A DNA stretch of 64,000 bases, from contig NW_024704743.1 in the NCBI RefSeq assembly GCF_018977255.1, forward strand, positions 7,256,001-7,320,000, given 5' to 3'. Source of the DNA: Callorhinchus milii (taxonomy: Eukaryota). A program made the translations under genes and the position numbers. The stretch's first letter is position 1. The number at the start of each line of letters is the position of its first letter. Under the pieces are notes generated by a model. It was not told where the DNA came from, made no database searches, and worked only from the letters and a program-made list of their open reading frames with translations. Positions 1 through 10,728 of the stretch are shown piece by piece.

Positions 1-243
1 TCCTGTATAAAGGGGACATTACAACTGAGCCAAGTCCTGTTCTTATCTGGCACAGACACACGCACATAGTTAATTAGGAACCAGAGCAAGGAGCCTGCCT
101 TTTCCCCTCCTCTCCTTATCTTCAGGATGCTGAATGTTGCATCCCACTGACCGGGGATTAAATCTTCCTGGAGTAATGTGGTTAGTGTCACATGACGCAC
201 TACCTTCACTCACTGAGCCATTGAGATGTAGATGTAGAAAAAA

Positions 244-552
244 AATTCTTGCATTTGATATAGTGCCTTATCATGCCATTGAGATGTCTCAAAGTGTCTT
301 CACAAGATATACTATAAAGTGAATTGATTGTGTATTTTGTGGGCAAAACGCGGCAGCCAATTGCACAGTCGTGGATTGAGTGACCAAATTGTTATTTTTT
401 TGGGTGCAGAGAGGAATTGTTACCCCCCCGGAAAAGCAATCCGCCAATCGACTAACAATTAGGTTCCTACTTACTGCTAGGTAAGCAGAGGCGTGTGGAA
501 TAAGGAAACTTGCCTATGGTTTCGCCCAGCCTGGCAATCGAACCTAGGAGCT
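244..552 (-). mobile_element. older long form of the tRNA-SINE
   Basis: Retains the central CTCTGCTTACCTAGCAGTAAGTAGGAACC...GATTGGCGGATTGC segment and the GAGACATCTCAATGG..TGATAAGG tail. Confidence 0.82.
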
Positions 553-809
553 CAAATAAATCTTTCACCTTTTTTTTCCCCATACTTGAGACATTATATG
601 CAACCACCTTTCTAACTTTTCAATCGCTTACATCAATGATGGCGATGGAGGGGAACAGACACGGTTTATTCTCAGCATCTTCACTCAACTGCTTTTTTCC
701 ACAATGTCTCACCTGCCCAGTCCCTTCTGTCTGCAGTCTATCCATCCACCTTCTTTCTCAGCTGTCCCCAATCCGTTCATGTCTATCAATCTTTTTCTAC
801 AGTTTCTGA

Positions 810-1238
810 CCCGCCCAGCCTCTTCTTTAACGCAATCTCCTACCACATCTCCAATTCTGGCTCACACTCATCCTATCGAGACTTGATTACGCTAACACTC
901 TGATTGTCAGTCTTTCCAACTCTTCCTTCCACAAACTGCAGATTATTCAGAACTCTGCAGCTTGTGTCCTGTCCCACATCAGGCTCCGTGACCCTATCAA
1001 CCTCATCCTTGCCCAGCTCCACTGGTCCCCATCCCCCAGAGGATAGAGTTCAAAATCCTTATCCTCGTCTTCAAAGCTCCTCCTTACCTCTTGATCTGCT
1101 AACCCCATACCAGCCTGTCTGCTCCCTCTGCTCGGCGGTTTCTGGTCTGCTCCACATCCCCTTCCCTACCTGCCCCACCATTAGCTGTTAAGCCTTCAGC
1201 TTCTCTGCGCCCACCCTTTGAAACTCTATCCCGCAATC
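810..1238 (+). mobile_element. L2 LINE 3' fragment, degraded
   Basis: Region encoding LDYAN...LQIIQNSAA...HW.PIP..I.FKIL-like sequence, with frameshifts. Confidence 0.8.
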
Positions 1239-1239
1239 A

Positions 1240-2680
1240 ACAGCAACAACAACAAAATTACATTTATAGAGCGCCTTTCATGCCGGGAGGATGTCCCAAA
1301 GCTCTGAACAGTCAGGTGTCGAGGCCTGAGCATGGTGGAGGAGTGGTGCAGGGGTGAGGGAAGGCAAAGAGGTGGGAGGGCGACCAAAGGCACGATCGAA
1401 GAGAAGGATCTTGAGACCGGCCTTGAAAGAGGCAAGGGAGGAAGTGAGGTGAAGGGACTGTGGGATGGAGTTCCAGAGTGTGGGAGCAGAAAGGCTGAAA
1501 GCCCGGCCACCAATGGTAGGGCGGGTCGGGTGGGAGACATGGAGCAGACTGGAGCCCGCTGAATGGAGGGAGCGGGCAGGTTGGTAGGGCGTCAGCAGGT
1601 CAGACAGGTAAGAGGGGGCAAGGCCATGGATGGCCTTGAAAGTGAGGACAAGGATCTTGAACTCGATCCTCTGGGGGATGGGGAGCCAGTGGAGTCAGGC
1701 GAGGGTGGGAGTGATGGGGTCGCGGAGCCTGGTGTGTGAGAGTACACGAGCTGCAGAGTTTTGGATGATCTGCAGCTTGTGAAGGGAAGAGGTGGGAAGG
1801 CCGATGAGAAGGGAGTTTCCGTAATCGAACCTTGATGGGACAAATGTCTGGGTGAGGGTTTCGGCAGCCTGTGGGGTGAGGCAGTGTCGGAGTCTGGCAA
1901 GCCGTTTGCAGTGACGAAGTGGAGGCGGTGTAAAAGGTAGGACCTGAACCAGTCAAGGACAGAGCCTTGAAGGTTGAGGTGGGAGGAGAGGCGGTGGAGG
2001 AGGATTGAGTGGTCCGCGGTGTCAAAGGCAGCAGAAAGGTCGAGGAGGATAATAATAATAATAATAATAATCCTTGCATTTGATATAGCGCTTTTCACGT
2101 CGGGAGGACGTCCCAAAGCGCTTCACAGAACACACTGTAAAGTGAATTGACTGTATATTTACGGGCGAACGCGGCAGCCAATTGCGCACAGCAATGTCCC
2201 ACAAACAGTTGTAGATTGAAAATGACCAATTTTTTATTATTGTTTTGGGTTTTGGAGGGATTATTATTAGGCTCTGTGTGGAGTAAGGAAACTTGCCCAA
2301 GGTTTCGCCCTCTGCCTGGAATTGAACTCAGGTCTCTCGCTTGCAAAGCGAGTGCTCTAACCACTGAGCTACAGGACTCCACTTTCCTCCAGGATGAGGA
2401 AATAGAGGGAGCCCCGGTCGGGATGTCGTTTGTGACCTTGACCAGAGCAGTTTCCATGCTGTGGGGGCACAGGAGGGGTTCATGGAGGGAGTGAGAAGAG
2501 AGGAAAGAGCGACACTGGGAGGCAACGGCTCTCTCAAGGACCTTGGATAGGAAAGGGAGGTATGAGATGGGCCGGTAGCTGGATAGCTGTGATGGGTCAA
2601 GGGAAGGTTTCTTCAAGGTGGGAGTGATGATGACTGTTTTGAGGGGGGAAGGAACAGTGCCAGATGACAGGGAGAGGTGT
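1240..2680 (-). mobile_element. L2 LINE fragment (RT region to 3' tail, internally deleted)
   Basis: KKPSLDPSQLSSYRPISYLPFLSKVLERAV, ETALVKVTNDI and [16 protein letters not shown] motifs; stem-loop tail and (TTG)n. Confidence 0.9.
2049..2380 (-). mobile_element. young tRNA(Ala-like)-derived SINE, full length, nested in L2
   Basis: Head GGAGTCCTGTAGCTCAGTGGTTAGAGC (A box), CTCGC-TTTGCAA-GCGAG anticodon-like arm, GAGTTCAATTCC (B box), L2-type tail and (ATT)n. Splits an L2 RT segment just before [10 protein letters not shown]. Confidence 0.92.
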
Positions 2681-2881
2681 CTCCCAACAAATGTAATTTG
2701 TAATTAAAATGTAATGAGCTCTTTGAGAATCTATTTGGTGTTGGCCTAGCAATTCCTTCATCTCAGACCCTCCCTCACTTCCTTCAAGCCCCGTCTTCAG
2801 ACCTTACTCTTCGAATGCGCCTTCGGTTATCCTCCTACTCTCACGCTCCCTATACCCCTCCTGATCCCAAGGATCAGGCAT

Positions 2882-3159
2882 CAAAGCGAGAGACCTGGGT
2901 TCGATTCCCGGCAGGGTGAAACGTTGGGCAAGTTTCCTTACTCCACATGCCAGATAATAATCCCTCAAGAAAAAGAATATATAATAATAACAATTTGGTC
3001 ACTCAATCACGACTGTTTGTGGGATGCTGCTGTGCGCAATTGTCTGCCGCGTTTCGCCCACAAATAAACAATCAATTCACTTTACAGTATATTCTGTGAA
3101 GCACTTTGAGACATCTAGAGGACGTGAAAAGCACTTATATCAAATGCAAGGATTATTAT
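2882..3159 (+). mobile_element. intermediate SINE subfamily (centrally deleted, TAGAG tail loop), 5'-truncated
   Basis: CTCCACATGCCAGATAATAAT junction; tail GAGACATCTAGAGGACGTGAAAAG. Confidence 0.85.
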
Positions 3160-4834
3160 AAGGATACACACATTGACTGCCCAGCACTTTGGGACATCTT
3201 CTCAACGTGAAAGGCGATATACAAATATAATTTGTTGTTATATGAGCTCTGTGAGAATCTATTTGGCGTCGGCCTGGCTCAGGTGGTAGCATTCTCATCT
3301 CTGAGTCAGAAAGTTGTGGGTTGATCTGGTAGTCAGACCCTCTAGTGCCAGGCGAGCTCTGTGTTGTCAGAGGTGCTGTTCTTCCTTTGGATTTTTTTTC
3401 TTGATTTTTATTTTTCATGGACATCAAGGCACTAACTGAAAAAACTAGAGTTTCTCCCGATGTCCTGATCAACAAATCCCCCAAATAAAATTGATTTCTC
3501 ACTTCATGGCTCCTTGTGGGACATTCATCCACAAAATACAGTCACTACACTTTACGGTATATCATGTGAAACTTTTTTTAGATGTCCTTCCAACGTGACA
3601 TGCACTGTACCAAATGTAAGGATTATTATTATTGTTATGATGATGATTATTATTATTATCATTATGAGATATTAAACCAAGTCCAGTCTACTTGTTTGGA
3701 CGGACATTAGAGATCCAATGGCACTACTTGAAAAGAGAAGGGGATTTCTCCCAGTGTCCTGGCCAACAATCCCTTCAATGTAAAAAAATTGCTTTGTAGC
3801 TGTTTGTGGTATACTTGTTTTGCCAAATTGGCTGCTATGTTTGCTGACAAATATAGTCACAGAAAACTCTGATATATCAAATGCAAGAATTATTATTAAT
3901 AAAATAAAATCAGACAATAGACATGTATATGATTTGTTTCTCATTATAAAACTTTAAGAGTGAACTTTAACTCTGAAGCTCACTTTGTTGGAGAGAATGG
4001 AATTTTGTCCAGCTGATAGCTGTTGTGGGTGAGAAAATATCACTGTACAGTAATGGAAATGTACGTATCCATGATGGGAATGCCAAGGGTTTGGATTTCC
4101 TAGGACAAGGGTTCAAATACAACTTACAGTAGTCAGCTTTCAACTCACAGGTTTGATACCATCCTTTCAGAGAGCTTGGTAGGAATTTCGCCAGACCGCA
4201 AAACACATTCCATACTCCTTTTCTTTTTTCAAGAGCTGACCCCATTACTGAGGGGTTTGCACAGCTCTGTCATTTGCAGAGTAGGTTTATGTGATAAAGG
4301 ACAAGGTCAATGTACGGGGAGCAGCCAGGAGAGAAGCTTTAATTTCAGTACTAATGAGCTGCTTTTAACAGTACAGTATTATCTTAATGTCCCGCTGTAT
4401 CAAGTCATTATCACTCAGCTCAGAGCAGCTGCGACATGTAGTTAGTTAAGTGATCTTTGAAAAAATATGGGCTGAGTTAACCTCCTCAGTAAACAGCTCT
4501 GGTCAGTTTCCCCAATGGCCTGGTTGGTAAAACCACCGCCCTGTATGAAAATCCAAGGCTTGTTTAGAGCAGGCAAGCCCTAAGTTCAATACCAAGTTAC
4601 ACCTTTCTTATACTACAAATTTGTCTGCAGAGACCCGTCAATAAAAATCAACTTTTAAAGGCTTTTGTGTTTTTTCTTATTTGTATTTGATGACATTGAT
4701 GACAATCACTCACAAAAGACACAGTCACTGTACTTTACTGTATATCCTGTAGCCGGTTGGGACATACACCTGAAGTGAAAGGCGTTATACCACATGTAAG
4801 GATTATTATTATTAAATCTTTTATGTATATGAGT

Positions 4835-5900
4835 AACAACAACTTACATTTATATAGTGCTCTTCACATAGAGTAACATGTCAGAGTAGAGAGTGGCGGA
4901 AGACTGGTGGATGGGGAGGAGGTAGGCGACAGTAGGTACCATGAAAATGTAGTTTTTGGGTGGCTTTGAAAGATAGGTAGAGAGGGAGTGAGCCAGAGGG
5001 GTTGTAGGATGGAGTTCCAGAGGTTGGGGACATAATAACTAAGTTCCCGATAGTGGGACAGGGTAGGGAACATGTAGCAGGATTGAGTTTGCATCGCGGT
5101 GGGGCGGGTGATCAGAAAAAACAGCCTGGAAAAGAGGTGTGAGGACATGAAGAAATTTGTAGTTGAGAGTGAGGATCTTGAAATCGACCCACAGGGAGCC
5201 AGAGGAGCCTGGAGAGGACCAGGGTAATGGACATACAAAGTTCTGTGTGGGCAACAGAATATTTGATGAGGTAGAGCTTGCAGAAGGTAGAGTTGGGAGG
5301 CCGACAAGGAGGGCACTTGAGAAGTTGATACTGGAAGTGAACAACAACAAATTTATGTTTATATAGAACCTTTCACGTTGGGAGGATGTCCCATAGCACT
5401 GGACAGTCCAGATTCACAGGAAGGCATGAATGAGGGTTTTGGCAGCATTGGGATAAAATAGGGTGGAGGTTGGCAAAGATGCAGAAAAGTGTTCTTGTCA
5501 GACTCCAAATGTGTGGAAGGAAGTTGAGCCGAGGGACAATACAAACGCCTAGGTTGCACACTAGTTTAGTGAGTTGGAGAGAGTGGCGGGGAAGGTTGAG
5601 AAAGACAGAGCCAGGAGTAAGGAGATATTAATAGAAGCCGAGGAGGATAGCTTCCATCTTGTCTTTGTTCAGATGAAGAAAGTTAAGGCTCATGCAGGAT
5701 GATGTCTGACAAGCAGGTAGTCAGAACCCATATGTAGAAGCAGAAACAGATTTGGGAAACATCCACATACATATGGAAACTAACTCCACGTTTGATGATA
5801 ATATCAAGGGGGGAAGCAGGTAGACGAGTAGGGGACTGAGGATAGAGCCCTGAGGTGGCCCACGGGTGACTATGCAAGAGCCTGCCACATTCACCCACAA
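4835..5900 (-). mobile_element. degraded L2 fragment with a short L2 tail nested at about 5340-5415
   Basis: GPPQGSILSPLL and F(H)MYVD RT motifs; 3' tail at 4835-4875. Confidence 0.75.
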
Positions 5901-8085
5901 CATACACAGTCACACCACTCTACAGTATATCCTGTAAAGCAGTTTGAGACATCTCAATGGTATGATAAGACGCTATACCTAATGTAAGGATTATAGGATT
6001 ATTTATATAACAGTAGCTTCTCAGCTATATATATATATCAGCTATATATATGTATGTATATATAGTGGTGCTATACTTCATCTCAGCTCCCGGGGATATG
6101 AATTATCCTAATCATGAGATAGCTAGAAGTGGATCTAATGACAACAACAACAAATTGCATTTATATAGTACCTTTCATATTGGGAGGACATCCCAAAGCG
6201 CTAGACAGTTAACCCGATCTGGGGATTGGATTTGGGAGGGGTGGGGGCCAAGGAGGGTGTGGATGGGAAGGTGAACGATGGCGTGGTCAAAGAGGAAGAC
6301 CTTGAAGGAGGCGAGGGAAGGAGCTAAGCGAAGGGACTCCGGAATTGAGTTCCAGAGAGCAGGGGCAGAAAGGCTGAATGCTCAGCCCAAGTGAGGAACT
6401 TCTTTTGTGTAGAAGGTAATGAGAAGGTGGAAGGTGTGGTTAACCTGAGGGAGAAGGGAAATAGAAGGATACAGGAGAGGGAAATAGGAGGGCTGGAGCA
6501 TGTGGGGCATGCTCTTCACCTCTCCTGCCCTCCACCTCTCCTGCCCTCCACCTCTCCTGCCCTCCACCCTCTTGATTCTAAACCTCTCACTCCCAGGAGC
6601 TTGGGACATTATCGCAGCATGAAAGGTGATAAATGCAACTTGTTGTTGATTCAGCTTTTCCCCCCCCACCCACCAAGTGAAAACCTACCATCGCTCACTG
6701 TTTAAGATCGAGGATGAAGAATGGGCAAATGAGTGAATCACAGGAGGGTGGTCAGAGCTGAGAGCTATACCACAGCACACATCAGGGCCTGCAGCAGAGG
6801 AGAGGATAAAATTGAATAAGGAAGTAACTAGAGGAATAGAGAAATCCTGGAGGCAAGAGTTGGATTGTAAATATATGAAATCACATGTGGAGGAAATAAA
6901 TAGTTCCTCTCTCTTTCATCTCCCCCCCACTCCCAAAACGCACACACACAAACGACAAACGACAAGTATGAAAACAATCGGTATGACTCAAATATGGTGG
7001 TTTCTGCCTGATGCGTACAAGTGATACAACACAGACACAGATTTGGACGAGAAAAACAAATGACACGTCATTTCAGACAGCAGAATCTTCCCTCGGCTGA
7101 ACTAAGTAATAGATAGGGATTGTTCATTTTACCCATAGGTATAATTTGTATGGAATGGCAGCAATTGTTAAAATATCACAGAAATTTACAACAATCTGAT
7201 AGGCTTGGGAGAGTTGGGCCTGTCTCACTGTCAATTGCTGATCATCACGCAGGTAGTAATTTACTTGTATTTGCCAGTACAAGGTTTCTCCTTTAAACAT
7301 AAAGAAGCAAACACGATGTAGGATGTCACAATTCCTATTGTTTCTGTGCAGATTGCGTCCAGTGATATGTTGATTTGCTTCTGGTGTATTTGTCAGAAAT
7401 TGACAAGTCAATGCTACCAAATGCAGAGCCGGTAACTGCATTATTAAAAGCACTAAGAAATCACTTGGATACTGCAGATAACACTGAGAAGACATTGACA
7501 TGAATGGCTTGGAGATTTAAACTTCAATCATTTGAGTCGGTTTAGCACGGTAGACTGCCTCTTTTGAATACAATCTCTAGCCCAATATTGCCACAGAACC
7601 TGAAACCGTTCCAATTGGCTTTGTGACATGTTCAAGCTCGGAAACAGCTGCTTTGCAACCAGCGTACGCAGTATGAGTGCAATCCTGTCATCACCTACAT
7701 GCCCCCTAATCAACACGCATCTGTTTTTTGTTTTCATTTACAAGAGGTACTGACTTCACTTACATTAGTTTCGCATGTGGCTGCAAAACAGATTTTAAAA
7801 CAAACACTGTCCAAAACAACTCGCATCTTTGAATGCATTAGTTATAGCTCAAGGTCTAAAATGTAAAACCCCTAATTGTAAAAGAAAACACACATTGTTT
7901 TCTCTTGGTATAGAGAGGTGACTGAGCTGCTGTAACTTCTTCACTGGGTCCTTAGTGAAAATATTTATGACCAGATATAGATTGTACAGACCTTGGGAGC
8001 AGTGAGGTGACCTTGATCCACTCTGCTATTATCTGCTCTCCATCTTTGCTTTCAAATTCTATATCTGGTCAATAATATAATATTA

Positions 8086-8424
8086 GTTAGAGCACTCGCC
8101 CGGCAAGTCAGAGGACCTGGGTTTGATTCTTGGGCAGGGAGAAACGCTTCCTTGCTCCACAGAACTCTGTTTACCTAGCAATAAGTAGGAGCCCAGTTTT
8201 TAGTCGATTGGTGGATTGCTTTCTGGGGGTAATAATCTCTTCAAAAAAAATAATAATAATAATTTGGTCACTCAATCCACGATTGTTTGCAGGACACTGC
8301 TGTGCACAATTGGCTGCTGTGTTTCGCCCACAAAATACACTTTACAATATATTCTGTGAAGGGCTTTGAGATGTCTCAGTGACGTGATAAGGCGCTATAT
8401 CAAATGCAAGGATTATTATTATTA
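8086..8424 (+). mobile_element. older long form of the tRNA-SINE
   Basis: Head remnant, central CTCTGTTTACCTAGC segment, GAGATGTCTCAGTGACGTGATAAGG tail, (ATT)n. Confidence 0.85.
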
Positions 8425-9879
8425 TTTGTAATGATCAGCCTCGGCTTTCCTCATGGCTCGCTGCTCAGTGTAAATCAGCCAGTACAGACCAGCAAAGCCC
8501 CAGGTTTTAATTTGTGCTGGTGATAAGACACCAAAAAAGTGCTCAACCACCTATTCAGATGAATGTTGAAGATCACTGTTTGATAAAGCGACAGCAGTTC
8601 CTCCTGTGCGAGTCTTGACAATCACAGCCAAGCCCAATCCTCATCCAGATGTGCACTTTCCAGCCGTGGTCAGTGGACAGTAACCAGAGAGGAAGCCCAA
8701 GTGACCGTGGCCCTCTCTATCCAACAACACTGTGGACAATTGTAATTGCTGGCCATCTGAGATCAGCAAAGGCTGCTCAGACTAGGATTCATACCTGCCG
8801 TTTCCTGGTTTCTATGGCCCTGTGTTCACTTGATCTTTATTCAGGTATAAGGCGAGGTGCTGAGGCCCGGCTCTAATTCAGAAGGTTGTGAGGTCAACCT
8901 CATGTTGGGACTTTGAGGTCATAATCTAGGCTGACACCCCAGTGGAGGTTCCATTCTTTGGATTAAATGTTAAACCTCTGCCACATCTACCTGTTCAGGT
9001 GGACATTAACAATCCCATTGCACTATTTTACCAACAATCCCCTGGGTTAAAATTGATCATTAACATGTTTGTGAGTCAGACATTGCTGTCCATATTCACC
9101 TACAAAATATACAGTCATAGAATCATAGAATTACACAGCACAGAAGGAGCCCTTTGTGTCTGTGCCGGTTCTTTGAAAAGAGCTACCCAATTCAATCCCA
9201 CTCCCCCGCTCTGTTGGCGCTTTGATGCTCTGAGTTGGGGATCTGCTATGGGCCTTAAACTAGCCCAGAGCTTGCATCAATTGATTAATTTCAATCCGGA
9301 TCACATTTTGCTGTAACAAGTAACAAAGTCACAGATGCACAGTTGCAAAAGGCCCAGCAGCGAAATGCCTCCACTTAGCAAGGAACATATCGAATTTGCG
9401 ATGCTCTCTGCAACTCCTGATTTGCAAAATGATGCGGTGAAGGGGATAAAACTGTATATAACTACCATCAGCTCTTGTACAGGTATACACTTGAGCTTGT
9501 GTCTGCAGTCACACTACACTCTTCTGTTCACTGCCATTGATTTTAACAGATAGCTCTTCAGTTTAACAATGCCCATGTCGGGATAGCCTGGTCCTGACCG
9601 GAGCAGCACTCTAACGTTACCCACTGATACTTTCACCAGGTATTTCCCTCCAAATGGTGTTGCAGAATAACATTTAGAAATGCACAAGATTTACATTTGC
9701 ATTGCAGGATTACTATTCATTAGGCACAAGCCAACTGATTTTAACACCCCCTTCTGAGCAGAGAACAAACTGGGAGGGTGGGGGGGGGGGGGGGGGAGGT
9801 GGGGGTGTTAGTGACTCACCGGGGCCTTTAGTCCCAAGGCTGGAATTGGTCCTGGAATTCTATCAACTCTTCTGGCAGA

Positions 9880-10728
9880 CATCAGGGCCTGGATGAGTGT
9901 AAACTTCCTGCAGTTGAATATGGACAAGACGGAAGCCATACTCCTTGGCTCCGTCAACGCCTTAACTCCTGCAGATCTAAACCCTCAACCTCCCTGGGAT
10001 CTCCCTCACACTCACCGAACCAGTGCACAATCTAGGCATCTGGTTCGACCCCCAGCTGTCCTTCCTCCCCCACATCCGGTCCCTGACCAGGACCGCCTTC
10101 TTCCATCTAAGCTACATTGCCCGCCTCCGACTGTACCTTACCCCAAGTGCAGCTGAAACCTTGTACATGTGTTTGTCACCTCCCCCTTGGATTACTCAAA
10201 CACACTCCTCGCCGGCCTCCCCAGCTTCACTACCCAAAAGATCCAGCTCAGTCAGAACTCTGCCGACTACATACTGACCCGGACCAAATTCCGTACCCAC
10301 ATCACCGAATGGATCGACTTCAAGATCCTCACACTCGTGTTCAAATCCCTTCATTCTCTGGCACCTCCCTATCTCTCCGAACTCCTCACTCCCCAATCCA
10401 CCACCCAGCTCCTCCACTCAACTGGCACCAGCCTCCTGCTCGTCCCTCACACCCCCACCGCACCATTGGAGGTTGCACTTTCAGCCACTATGCCCCAAAA
10501 CTCAGGAATGCTCTCCCTCAATCCCTCCACCTTGCTTCAACATCCCCTTTTTCGAGTCCCACCTGAAAACCATCCTCTTTGACCGTGCTTAAGGCCACCT
10601 CCCCACCACCACACCCCCCCCCCCACACCGCCTCCAGCTTGGAGTCAGACTCCGCTACTGTTAAGCGCTCTGAGACCCTACCCTATGTGGAGGGCGCTAT
10701 ATAAGTGCAAGTTGTTATTGTTATTGTT
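9880..10728 (+). mobile_element. 5'-truncated L2 LINE
   Basis: WMSVNFLQLNMDKTEAIL, NLGIWFDPQLSF, LDYSNTLLAGLP and IDFKIL motifs; tail AAGCGCTCTGAGACC...GGGCGCTATATAAGTGCAAGTTGTTATTG. Confidence 0.9.
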
